Assembly: GCA_015680685.1 (NCBI GenBank)
Contig: MNCI01001980.1
Location: 265,375-329,374, forward strand
DNA: 64,000 nt
DNA from: Gnetum montanum
Taxonomy: Eukaryota > Plantae > Gnetophyta
Direction of reading: 5' to 3'
The notes under the pieces were generated by a model. That model searched no databases. It was given only the letters and a program-made list of their open reading frames with translations, and had not been told where the DNA came from. Within the stretch, counting starts at the first letter, position 1. Every line of letters starts with the position of its first letter. The translations under genes and the position numbers were made by a program. Shown here one piece after another: positions 36,453 to 49,793 of this stretch.

Positions 36453-39400
36453 GTGTCTTCAGTGTAGAAAATGTGTTACCCCTCATGAAACCCATCAAAA
36501 TGCTAATTTTGACATTCGAAAGGACATTTTAACCCCCCAAGCCCAAATATAGATACTATGTAACATCTTTCACTTGGGGGATGAGGCTTTGACCACTTAT
36601 AAGGAATTTTTCAGCCCTAAAAGTATAAAGTATGTGAGATTGCATCTCATGGGTTACAATTCTCACATTTACAATGAAGGTTTGCCTTGGGTTTCATGCA
36701 TTGAAGGCTACATGATCAAAATGGTCTCAACATATAATTTTGGTGTTGTTTCACAACTCTAAACATAAATGCAAAATCAGTGGATAAAATAGAGATGAAT
36801 GCTAAATATGAAATTTAGGTAATTAGTGCCACAATATACCTTTGAATAATAGTTAGATGCATGATCACTTAAATCGCTTCCCTCTCAAATCCAAATCTAG
36901 TCTCTCATGAAGAGTCTATATCAAACTAGCTTATAGGAAAGCCTCATACCACCAAATCTTCCTAGCCTTATCTATCTTATTAAAAAAAGGATAAACCTTA
37001 TGGTATGCTAGCTCTCTTTAAGGACCATCTCACATAGCATCTGCTCTAGCATCTCTAGGTAAGAATTCTTTTATTTAGGGTTCTCAAATATATAAGCACA
37101 TAGGACAATAATTCACATCAAAAAATAGGACAAACTTTGAATAGATATCCAAAACATAGAAGACTTAGCATATGATTGAGAATTTATGCCAACATACTTA
37201 GAGACTATAATGTGAGTACTAGTAACATTAAAGAGATTGTAGATATGACAAAGGTTTAATAGTAATGTAGTATTAACATTGAACCAATTATAGGGATGAT
37301 CCCTTCACAAATAATCTAATTTCTTCCATTAAACCTCTTTGGTCTTGTTACTCGTGTCTACTATGGTGTTTACATCTATAAGTTCTTGGATCACATAATC
37401 AACAACCTTACATAGATCCCATTAGAGATTCTCTTAAGAGCATATGAGACTATTGGTAAGGGCAAAGAGGTCTACATAAGAACATGAAAGTGATCTATGT
37501 TGGACTTTGAAAAATATCTAGCACTAGGTTGAGCCCACATCTATGTGGAATAGAGTCAATGATCATCTACTATAGGTAGAGCTTTCACTCTCCTAGATCT
37601 CTTCATGATCACAAGGGTTACATCACAGATCAAGAAATACATGGAATCAATTACTAGAAGCCTAGCATTGTTATAATTTCATCATTTCATGGAATACTTA
37701 AATCAAGAACAGAAAATTTTATATTAATGAAGAGTAAGGGACAAGTTCAAGAAACAATAAAACACTAAATGAGTATTAAAAAAATAAATGGTTGTTAAGT
37801 TAATCTCAAGTTAAGGTAATCCCAAATATTGAGAAAAGTCATTAGTTAATTGAAAGTATATGATTCCAAAATGGAGATCACTAGAGTTGCATATTAAAAA
37901 TGAAGATCTAAAATTTAACATTGTACATAACAATTACTGAAGTTGATGGATGAAATCAAGTTTTGGTTCATTGAATCTAAAAGCTAAATCTACATAGAGT
38001 AGAGAGTTGCAATAACATGATCATAAAATTAAGCTTTAATATTTAAAACAAGAAAATTGTTTTTTGCAATTTGATTAACATGAATCATGGTGAAATATCT
38101 AAAGCCTCTCTTGGAACAAGAGGAATTTTAGGATACTATTAGAATTTATAGTTAGAGTTGTTTTAGGATTCTACAAGAAGCTCAGTTGCCACACTAGCTT
38201 AAGAATAAAGGTTATACACTTTTTAAACATAGATCTAACAATACAATCATAACACAAAGTATACTTAAGAGCTACTTTTTTATTCAAAACATAAAAAGTA
38301 GTATTATGAAAAGGAGCTTAAGAAAAAGGCACATGTAGAGCTAAATTTATAATCTAGCTATGCATAGTTAGGACTAGTAAAGTTAGATGTGAGAGCCTTA
38401 CTCTTGTAAGTTAATTAGAACCATCTTGTAGAACTAAGATTTGGTTCTATGTATTTAGTTCTATAAAGAACTCAATCACATGTAAGAAATGGACAGTCTA
38501 AAAATCTTGTAGAACCAAAACTTGATTCTAAGAAACTTTACAAATTCAATTCTATAAGAAAATTGAATTCCAAGTAAGCAGCAATTAACTTTCTAACATG
38601 TCAGCCAAAGCTATGAGAACCAAAATTGGTTCTATAAGGAGAGCTAGATTCCTTACTACAATTGTGCAAAGCCAAACTTACATTTGGTGCTTATCCACGT
38701 TAGCTCATATGACACAAAAGATCATAGAACAAAAAATGGTTCTAAAGGAAAGTGTTCATTTGGTCCTATAGAGAAAACACATCATCTAACACCTTCATAT
38801 AGGTATTAAAACCAAAATTTAGCTCAATTTGGTACCACAAAGATGATAAGATCTCTATGCTATGGTGGGACATGGTGGTTTCACATTTCAAAAAGAATTT
38901 AACAAATATTTTATGCTTCATAAACTCCATGTTAGTTTATAAAGGTGAGGAGCTCATAGAACCAAAAGATAGTTTTAAAGAGAAGTTGTATTTTGATTTT
39001 ACGAGTAAGCTCAAAGTTGCAACAAGGCTCTTACACATTAACTCAGCAATTTTGAAGTCAAAAAAGCATGTAGAACTAAAATATGATTCTAAAGGATAGA
39101 TTTGATTTGGTTTTATAAGCCACATTAGCATCAAAATGATGCACTTACACATCCATTTATAAAACAAAGAAGCTAAAAAATAAGGAAAGCTATGAAAAAT
39201 GGGCCTACCACATCATCATAAGAAATTTTAAGAAAAAGTTGGTTGAACAAAAAAAAAAATTTTATAGGAAGCTTAGAAATGGTTCTACTAAAGTGACATA
39301 TTAACACATAGCAATGCATGTGAATCCATTTCTAGTTGAAAAGCAAAATAGGAGGATATTGTTCTAAAAAGCTAGTAGAAGTAAAAATGGTTCTAAAGCT

Positions 39401-40811
39401 TGATATCATACCAACATATCATGTAGAAGCTAAAATGGCTTTAAAAAGGAGCTTAAAGTTAGTTTCACTTTCAAAGTTCCACAAGATGCTTATGCCACAT
39501 TAGCAAAATTAGCAGAACAAAAAAGTGGACCTAAAGGAAAGCTCAAGTTTGATACTATAAGAAATTAAGGGGGCCCAATAGAACTCGATACAAGTAGTAC
39601 TAATCATAATTGAGGATGACTACTAGAAAAAGATTAACATTGATATAACTAGATCAATAAAAATCTAAAACAAGTCTATTTATGATTCAAACCTCATATC
39701 GAGGAAGTTATGTTGATTATCATATCAACCTTTAAAGGATCATAGATTTGATAATTACTTGAAGGATTTGAAATCATATGACTATAAAGGATAGATTTGG
39801 AAATTTAATAGATTATAGAATGCTTGAATAAGTGGCATTGATTAATTACAGAAACCTAGCTTGACATAAAATTGGGACTCTTTTTAAATATGTAAAGCTT
39901 AACGAATGTAAACATTGAACTTTCGAGTTGCAAAGCTAAGAGCAAATTCAGAGAGTCAAGAGAATAGATGAGACCATATATGATAATGATAAGCTTTGAT
40001 TTAAAGGTAATATTAGGTGATATATTGATATCAATTTTAAAAAGGAATATTAATTATATGAGATAGAGCCACACATTAATGTGGGTGAAGCATAATATAT
40101 TAGTGAACAAGTATTAAGTGGAAAATTTTGGCTACATCCAAAGATTGACAAAATTATTAAGCTCACTCTACAAAAACTTGCTAAACATGGGGATACAAGA
40201 ACATTATTTTGAAGGTAAATGAGCTTAGGTTCCCACATAGAATTTTCATTTGAGAATTTAAAATCTATATAGGTCTCAAGATTAATTCTATTGGGGATTA
40301 TTATATCGAGATGTTAGTAGCATTGGCAAATGAAAAAAAAATCTTTTCCATATAACACATGAATGATACATTACAATAGAGCCTATTAGAGAATCATCAG
40401 TAGGAAACATAACTGAGTTTGAGTTAATTTTTGATGGAGTTTTTCTTGAGTAAAGTTCATGAACTAGAGTGTATAGAATCCATTTTTGTAGACAAAAAAT
40501 ACAAAGAGGTTTTTGCATTGAAGTTTGGCTTTCGGGAATTCAACAATGTTGGCCATCTAAAAGGAATGGCTCAAAGATATATGGAATAATGTGATCTTCC
40601 AGTTTTCTTGAATATAATTTATTTAGCTATGAATACTAGGAAAGCTCATCAACCTAATGATAGAGTTACTCTATATTAAAGAGCTTCAAACAAGAAAGTA
40701 AATGAGGCAAAATATGAAGTAGAAGGACAATTAAGAAAAAAACTTTTTAATAAAACTCCCAACATTATTGTATAACAAACCTACTATGGAGGTCTATCAA
40801 TGATTGAAGAG

Positions 40812-42968
40812 CTTAATTAGAGTTTTACTGCACAAACAATAAAGCTTCATACAAACTTATGTGTAGAGGTATTAGAATGCCTACCAACAAGGGAGCTAAG
40901 AAAATAAAAATCAAGGTTGATTCAAAGATTGTCTATGATTAGATTTAGGGAAAAGGTATCGTTAAAAGCTCATTCTTAAGATCATATAAACTATTATTGT
41001 TAAAGATGCTAGAAGTTTTCAATGAATATAAGATTAAAAATGTTCCAAGAGAAGAAAATCAAATAGTCGATGAACTTGTAGTAGCAACTTCAACCTTAGA
41101 CCTTGCTAAAATAGGAGGATAAAAGGGGATAGTAATTGAGTTTGAAATAGAGCCTTTAGTTCCTAATAATATAAATTGCCTCCAAGTATTTGAAGATGAT
41201 TAGTAGATAATAAATTTTTCTGAGAAACATAGGTGAATTTAAAAATCAAGTATTTACTAAGGAAAAAGTAAAAACTTATATGCTCCCAAAAAGAGTGCTT
41301 GAATTGAAAGAGAAGTTTAAGGAAAAATTGATTAAGGGTAAAGATATTTAAGATCCCAAAGATCAAACATATGGATTGTTAAACTTTAGATCTAAAGACA
41401 TGCTTAAAGCCTTCCATATTGGCATAAGGTTAAAACTTGAAGTGAAATCACAATTGACCAAATTATTAATGGAAAACTTAGACAAATTTGTATAATGTGA
41501 TGCTAATGTGATGATTCATAAAATTTCACTAATCAAAGAATACAAAATTATGAAACAAAAGCTAAGAAATTTTAATCCTAGTTTGGAACCAGTCATGGAT
41601 CTTGAAATTAAGATATTATTAAGAGCTAGAGTAACTTATCTCGTTTGCTATTTATTATGAATATAAAATTTGATACTAGTTCAAAAAAAGAATGGGGACA
41701 TGAGGTTGTATGTTTATTTTAGAAACTTAAATGAAGCCTCACTTAAGCATAGGTACTAGCTTCCAAGGATCAATGAAATGCTAATAAAAGTATTAGGGTG
41801 CTAGCTATATTCAATTTTAGATGATTTCACATTATACAATCAATTTATAGTAGATAAGAATTACGCATACATAACCATATTCATAATAAATTAAGAAATA
41901 TTTGCATAAAAAAAAATGCCCTTTGGTTTATCTAATGCTAGAGGAACATTTCAACATGCCATGAATATTGCTTTCAAAGGCCTTAATTCGAGAATCAATG
42001 GTTGTATACTTGAATGATATCATAGTGTATTCAAAACATGAAAAAGGTCACATATTATACCTTTAGTAGATATTTGGCAAATTTTAAAAGTTTGGGATTT
42101 TTTTAAACCCTAAGAAATGCATTTTTGAGGTGAAATCATGAAGTTTGTTAGGCACCTAATTTGCTAAAAATGAAGAGTCATAGATTAGTCTAGGATATTG
42201 GTAATTCAAAATATTATACATCTCATGAACAAAAAATCCTTACACTTATTCTTTAAAAGGATTGATTTTAGTAAGAAATTTGTTCTAGGATTTACAAAAA
42301 TAAGAAAGCCTTTATTAGAAATGCTAATGAAGGATGTGGAAGTAAGAAAAACTATAGATTCTATCAAAGCCTTAGAGTTAATCAAAGAAGGTATCATGGA
42401 AGCTCCATATTTGGTAAAACCAAAATTAAAAGAGGACTTGTGGTTACATGCTTTTTCATCCAAGGATTCTGTAGCTACATTATTAACAAAAAAGAATGAT
42501 AAGAAAGAAAACCCAATTGAAGTGTTTGGTTATCAACTAAAAGAGATTGAAAGAAAATATTCTTAATTAGAAAAGCAAGCTTAAATTATCATCAAGGCTC
42601 TATTACATTTCAAGTACTATTTGGAAAATTCAATTATTCATATTATGACTATAAAGTTAGCAACTGGGCAATTCTTATAAAAAAACAAAAAAGAAATTGG
42701 GCTAAAAAGGATAATTGGATGATTAAACTGCAACAATTTTAATCCACTTTACAAATGTGTAAAACCTTAAAAACTATGGGTTTTGCTAGAATAATGGCTA
42801 AGAAAACTAAAGAGGTATTAATAAATTTAGTTAAGATTAAAAATTAGTATGATGACACTGTTAGATTCCTTATTTAGTAAGAAGTTCCTAAAGATTTAAC
42901 TAAGAGTCAAAAAAAATTATTTAGACGAAAAACAAATATGTTTTGACATATGGGATATTATACAGAGA
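40812..42968 (+). pseudogene. Decayed Tat-lineage pol (copy 2; N-terminal part of aRH deleted)
   Basis: Paralogous to 9222-11395. Includes ORF 42198-42566 and the motifs CTNNKASY, VPREENQIVDEL and MPFGLSNARGTFQHAM. Confidence 0.8.
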
Positions 42969-45900
42969 ACAAGATCAATATTTATCTTTACTTAATGCAA
43001 CATATTTAGACCTCTTACAAGACAACTCAAACCTAAGTGCTGAGAATGAAAAACTAACCTTGTCTTCCAAGTAGATGGGAAAAGAACTTCGAGGTACCAA
43101 ACTAGTAAATGAAAGACTAGTCAAAGGGAAAGAATCCCTTCACATCATGCTGGGACAAGGAAGAAGTCCACATGATAAAAGTGGACTAGGATGCTACCAA
43201 TAAGAATAAACATATACGCAAAATTCATCCAAACAATACTCCAAAGATTAAAGTGTCAACAAGCACTATGTCCAAACAAAGAGTAGCTCCAAGGTTTGAT
43301 CACTTTATCCAAAATAAAAGGGTTATATGTTACAATTGTAATAGAATTTGACATAACCAATGGGGTGGTAACTTAAAATATTATCACATGACTACTTGGT
43401 CATATCATAAGACTTCTTGCTCTTACCAAAATGCACCTAGAGAGGAAGTCTTGCAGGACAAGAAGAAATGAAGGACAAATCAAAAGGCTAAGGAGAACAA
43501 AAAGGTGTGGAGAATTAAATGAAAGGATGAAAGTGAAAAAACCTTGATACAAAATTTTCTAAAAGGGAGATAAACATTATAAATAGAAAAAATTTATATG
43601 AAAGGAAGAACTTCAAAATAAGAACCTCATTCTCAAGCTTCCTAGAAATCTTCATCTCCATCAACAAGCAAGGTAATTAGAGGTAAGCCTTCATCTTAGT
43701 TAGAATTTCTTTTAACACATCCATGGTAGTTATCCCATGAACCTTTCCTTGCTATGACATCTACCATTAGACATCTATACAATAGGATAGACATCTACAT
43801 CAGGAGTTAGATGTTTATTTGAGTTTTGAGTAGACACAACATACACATCTACTAGTCAAGATAGATGTCTATATTTTTGTAAAACACCTTGATGTACATA
43901 AAGCCAACACTTCTTTTTTACACATACAACCATCAATGACTAAGAGAAAACAACCAAGGATTCCTCAACACTGATGATTTGTGCATCTTCTTGCAGATTG
44001 ATGGCTCATAAAAAGATTGTGATGTCCAAGGATCTACCTAGAAAGAATAAGAAGTTGAAGGAAGCATCTGCTAGTGCTACAAATTCTTATACTCAATTTT
44101 TCTCCACCAATGCTCAACATAGATATGTGGTAACTCGTTCTGTTACTATCTAAGGGGTTCTTTTACTTTTAGCAATGTCGTCCAAAGGAACTTATGGCAT
44201 TTTTTCAAGTGTTGAATTGGGTGTCCTTTATTTCTCTAAACTTTTATATCCCTAAGATTACCATCACGGAATTTTATTACAACAATATAATTTTAATGCT
44301 AGTGTTGATGCTTTTACTTCCACTATTGGGGAAATGTTGATTGAAGTCACCCCACAAGTTATTAATGTCATCCTTGGCATTTTTAGCTCTGATGTTCACA
44401 GGGTTACAATTCATTCCATGTCTAACATTTTCATGAATGGTGTAATCCTAGTTTCCCATGATGAATTTTGTAATGCTTTGTTTGGGTAGTCTATGTCTTT
44501 GCATAGTGGAAAAGTTTTTAGGAGTCAGATGGATTTAGATGCTTCCACCCTATCTCTCATTATTTTGTATAATATTATTGTAAAAGGGGGATGTTATAGC
44601 TTTTTATTGCTAGCCCAAGCCTTTGTACTTTATTTTCTACTCATCGAGTAGCTAGTAGATTTAGGCCATATCCTATGAAGAGACATGTTAGGTCTCTTTA
44701 CTAGGAAGAGAGTTTATTGACATCCTCATCACATCAGTTTGTTGATCCATTAGAAAAGTGTTCCCATTCTTGATATGCCTTTTCTAAAAGGTAAGAGAAT
44801 CCTTGGTGAGTATTTAGAGAAAATGAGCTCCACCCATGTTGATGCTACAAAACTTAGCACCATGCATCATAAGTTAAGGAAGAATAGATCTACATCACCT
44901 CCTTAGGTCTCTCCTCAGTTGAGAAGATCTAAATCAGTTAGTGGTCAGATGAGATCCACTCTCAAGAAGTTGCTTAAGCCTTTTTCTCATACTATTAGGA
45001 TGATTGGCAAGAACCTCTATTACCTTCGTAAGAGAATGGATGCAACTAGAGTACCTCTTCCTTTGTATGGGTAGCAATTTGAGAAGATCATCACTCCTCT
45101 CATATTAGACAACGAGGATGACTTTCAAGCTCCAACTAGGCACTCAACAACTATTGGTCCATCTTGGGCATATGACTTAGGAAATGTGTATGATTATGAG
45201 GAGCTTAACACACTACCTGCACATGTCTAGGGGGAGATTCCTAATCCTACGTAGCTTAGACCCAGTTCTCACCCTCATGGTGATGCCCCATAGACATTTG
45301 AGTAACAAGCTATGAAGAGAATATTTGAGAATTCATCTTAGGCAAGGATAGCTAATCCAATAATGTATTAGAGGAAGGGCACTTCCTCATCCTTTTAATA
45401 GGCTCCATCTCATCCACCTGCTTCATCCTAGTTTCAAGTGAAGCTTTGTCCCAAGAGAGCTCATGTAGATGTTCCATCATCAAATGATGACAATGAGGAG
45501 ACATACTAGCCCTCTCATGTAGTAGCTTCCTTTGATGATGAGTTTGATGGTGTCATTGAGGTCAATGATTAGGTTCCCTTGTTTGTCCCTCCTTTTGAGT
45601 GATGTCCAAAAAGGTGGAGAATTTTTTGAATTTTATGGATAGTTATATATGGATATGGACTTGTATGGACAATGATAGTATGTTATGACCTTTTGGCCTT
45701 TGTATGTGATGGTGGACATTTTATGACAATTTTATTGTTGTTGATCATATTTATGTATATGGACAACTAATTTTTTGGTATCATGATATATTATGTGTGG
45801 ATTTTATGGACAATTGTATATGGATATGGACTTGTATGGACAACGATAGTATAGTGGACAACATATGATGGTTTTATTGTTGTTGATCATGTTTATGTAT

Positions 45901-47188
45901 ATGGATAGTTGTGTTTTTAGTAGAATGATATATTATGAGACAAGTTTGACATTTGGACAGTTTATGGAGACTTCTTGGTGTTATCAATTTTTTTTCTTTT
46001 ACCCAGTGCCTTGAGCCTTTTATCCTTGTTCCAACATTACCCTTTGCTACCATTGGAATTTATAAGTCTTAAATGATTTTATTATATATCATTTAATTTA
46101 TATGCTATGAATGGTACTAACCCATTTTCTTAAGTTTTGGACATCACCAAAAAGGAGGAGATTGTTGACCTTTTGGCATGTCAAAACCTTAAATAAAAGG
46201 AAATTATAGATTGTATATATGTATTGATAATTTTGTAGGGCCATGAACTAGAACTTCACATGAAGATCTGAGATTTGAAAAAACAAGATCTACGTTAAGA
46301 TGTCAAAATGAAGACTACATGGACAAGATGAAAGCATGGATGAAAATGAAGTCTACAAGCCAAGTGAACATGTTCTAAAGACTACCATGATGTCAAATTG
46401 ACAAGGGAATGCCTTAGACTCCAAAGTGCAAAATTAAAGTAGACGTCTACAAAAAATAGCATATGTCTATCTTTAAAAATAGATGTCTACTCTTCTAGGT
46501 AGACGTCCCTCCTACATTAGGAACTATCTAATGTAGACATGTAAATTCTGAAGCATATGTCTATACTAGCCATTTGATAGCTATTGAATGAATTCCAAGG
46601 AGTTTTTAGAAACTAGTTATAAGACAATGTAAAAATCTTGGAAATTGGACAAGCACTGTTCATAGAAAGATTCATCATTGGCTACTCAAAGTGAATTTAC
46701 CTTTACTCTTCATTGTAACATCATTTTCTTATTTATATTGAGCTTCAAGTACAAGGATTCTTTCCTTGTTTCTTTCTTGTAGCTTGCAAAAAGGCATCTT
46801 TATTGAGCTTGTTGGGATCCTATGCGATTGAGTGGTTTTGTGATGTAAAAAAACTCTAGTGTAAAGCTCAATTTTGTAACAGTTATGGGATCCTCTAAAC
46901 CACATTTTAAATCTTGTCGGCATGAGATTGAGTGGTTTCACCATGACAAAGCCCTCCTCAGCAAAGCTCAAAGCTTGTATAGGGTATAGTGCCCTTCAAA
47001 CCACTTTTTGAAGAAACAAAGTATGGAAATGTGCACGAATTCTACACTTTGAGTGTGGATGTACCCAAGTTGGGAACCATATAGGATTTATGTGTATTTT
47101 TTATGGCTTCAGCATTTAAATTGGGAAACTTATTCAACCCCCCCTTCTAAGTTCTCAATCCATAGAAATTGTCCCACTGTTCTCAACA
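42969..47188 (+). mobile_element. SIRE-like Copia remnant, copy 2 (uninterrupted; LTR 46163-47188)
   Basis: GKESLHIMLGQGRSPHDKSGLG at ~43126-43191, env-like ATG at 44001, PPT followed by TGTTG at 46163. Confidence 0.75.
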
Positions 47189-49793
47189 CAACAACTGCAA
47201 GCTCTTGCGAGAATGGATCCTAGCACCCGAGAAGTTATAATGTCCATCCCTAGACAAGAATTCCTTGAGATCTTTGGAAATATCACAACTTTCTTGATGT
47301 ACCTAGACAAAGATGAGGGGGCAACTATCCTATTGATGAAGCACCATGAACAAGAGATAGTAACGAAAATGGTGGTAGATAGGATGCTCAAGGCCATAAA
47401 CACTTTTGAGGCACCAACACTAGACATTGCTACCATGGCAAATATTCAAGTGTCCATAGGAGGAAATAGTGTTAAGCTTAGTGTAGTCCAACATAAGTGT
47501 ATGATCAGCTAGTGGGAACCAGATAACCATTTCTAGAGATCCTTAATCTTCCAAATGACATTATAGCAACCCAGTCAAGGTTGCTAGAGGCTAAGGGAAA
47601 ACTAATCATTGCCAATGCTTAGATATAGGCAACCACTATTGAAAATTAGCAATTTATTGCCAAATTTGTAGAGTTGTAGGCTCATCTATCTGACCCTACC
47701 ATTCTCAACCTAAATCTCAATAGAGATGAAGCATTTCAGTAGCTTTAACAAAGACTTAAAGAGGTTGAGAATGCGAAGAAGACTATGGTATTTGACACCT
47801 CCTTATTGAAAGTGTTAGCATTCAACATTGATAAGGATTTGACTCAAGTCTTCAAACAGAACTTGGTGCTTACCAAGAACATTCACCAATTGCGAAATGT
47901 CAAGTAGTAAAAGGACCAAATGATCAAATTCATTTGACAACTGTAGGAGTAGCTAACTAATGCGAACCTTGACTTAATGAGGTTGATAACAGAGAACCAA
48001 AATCTCTCCATGGAGGAAGTTCGAGCACTTTGCCAAAAAATAGCCATTGAGATAGCTGCTTAGAAGAATGAGGCCCTAAAATTTGAACAAGTCAAAAACC
48101 ATTATATGGACTAGGTTTGGCTCCTCAAAGAGATGAACAAGAAGGAGATTCAATTAGCCAAGGCGAAGATGAACAAGACCCTCTGACAACTCTAGTAAAG
48201 AGGCAATGTAGTAGCTAGTTTTTAATGGCTTAAATGCATGTGACAAAGTTGAGATCTACCTAAAGGAGTTGTAGATTGAGAAAATAACTGAATACATGCA
48301 GCTTGCGAACCTTTGATACATAAACTTGACTATGCTAGTTGCAAGGATGCCAAGGATAGAGTTGGAAAAGTATATGGCCAATTCGTACCTATTATACGAG
48401 GCAAAATTCAAGCACCATAAAGAGACAAAACAATAGTTGAAGGTAGCCAACATGGAGCTCAAAGTTTTTAAGAGGCGATTCACTAATTAATAGTCACTTA
48501 CTAAGAACCTGGCTAGAAGAATGAATGACCACCACTAGTTGCAAAAACTTATCAAGATGTTCGACATTGAACAAAAACAATTTACAACATGGATCGTCAA
48601 CACTAAGGAGCTATTCCATTTAATGTCGTGCCTATGAGACATTCCTGTACCAATCCATATTGGTGAATTCATGTGGATTGTGTACAACCCATGAGGCAAG
48701 GAAGAGAAGATGAAAGCATTGTTGGATGCTTTTAAGCTTCCACCAAAAGTAGTAGCAATAGCAATACAACCTTAATTGCCTCCACCACCTTAAGTGTCAG
48801 AGCTTGGCAAAGGAACTTTAGCATCCCAAAAGCCACCACCTCTTAGCGCTATTTGAATTTCACCTCATCTTTGGTAATCTATGAAGGAACCTGCCATCAT
48901 TTTTGTATTGGCATCCAATTTTGATGTCACGGACACCAATTTTTGTAACTCTGTACAATCCAACACTCAAAGTCAATCAATAATTTCATGCTTTCCCAAT
49001 TTTCTAAGAAGCTTGATGTTACTTTTGTTCACTTGAGGATGAGTTTTTACTCTATCATGGGGGTATGATGAAGTATAGTTGATTGGTTGCATCAATGGGC
49101 ATGCGTTGACGTAGCCCCATCGATGCATAGTCACATGCATTGATGTAGATGTAAGTCAAGCCTATATAAATGCACAGACTTATCACATTTATGGCACATT
49201 AAGTTAGTACAGTAGTGAAGCTCTTGTAATTTTCTTTCCCTACAGTTAGAATAGTTTCTAAGTGCCCATTGTATGAACTAAATTAATTGAACAAATATTT
49301 ATTTAAGCATCAAGTACCTAAACACATTGATGTGAATGGTAATAAAGAAGAGATTCTTGACATTCATTGAAGCACTTGGAACAAATTAATATTTCTTACT
49401 TCCACTTTGTTCTTTATGGACTTTATATTCTTATCTTAAGTAATTAATACATTTAATAATGAACACATAAGTATGAGCACTTCAAAAATACCATTTAACG
49501 CTTGCAATCTCAACAATGGTCATTTGATACATCTAGCACTCGTTACTTGGTAATTTAGTAGTGTTAATACAAATTTAGGATGTGTATAGAAGGTTGGTAT
49601 AGATACTTATGTTAGAATAGTTAGCCTTAGAACTATTATATAGCTAGAATAGTTAATTATCAACCATTTATCTTTTGACCAACACTTAGGCTAAAATATA
49701 TATAAAAAATATAAACATAAATACATATCATATGTCTTAACTCACACATAACCATACATGAGAGCCTACATGAGTGAGAGTTAGGAAGACAAT
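47189..49793 (+). mobile_element. Element Y remnant, copy 2 (LTR from 49066)
   Basis: Paralogous to 23255-25772; ORF 47213-47512. Confidence 0.65.
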
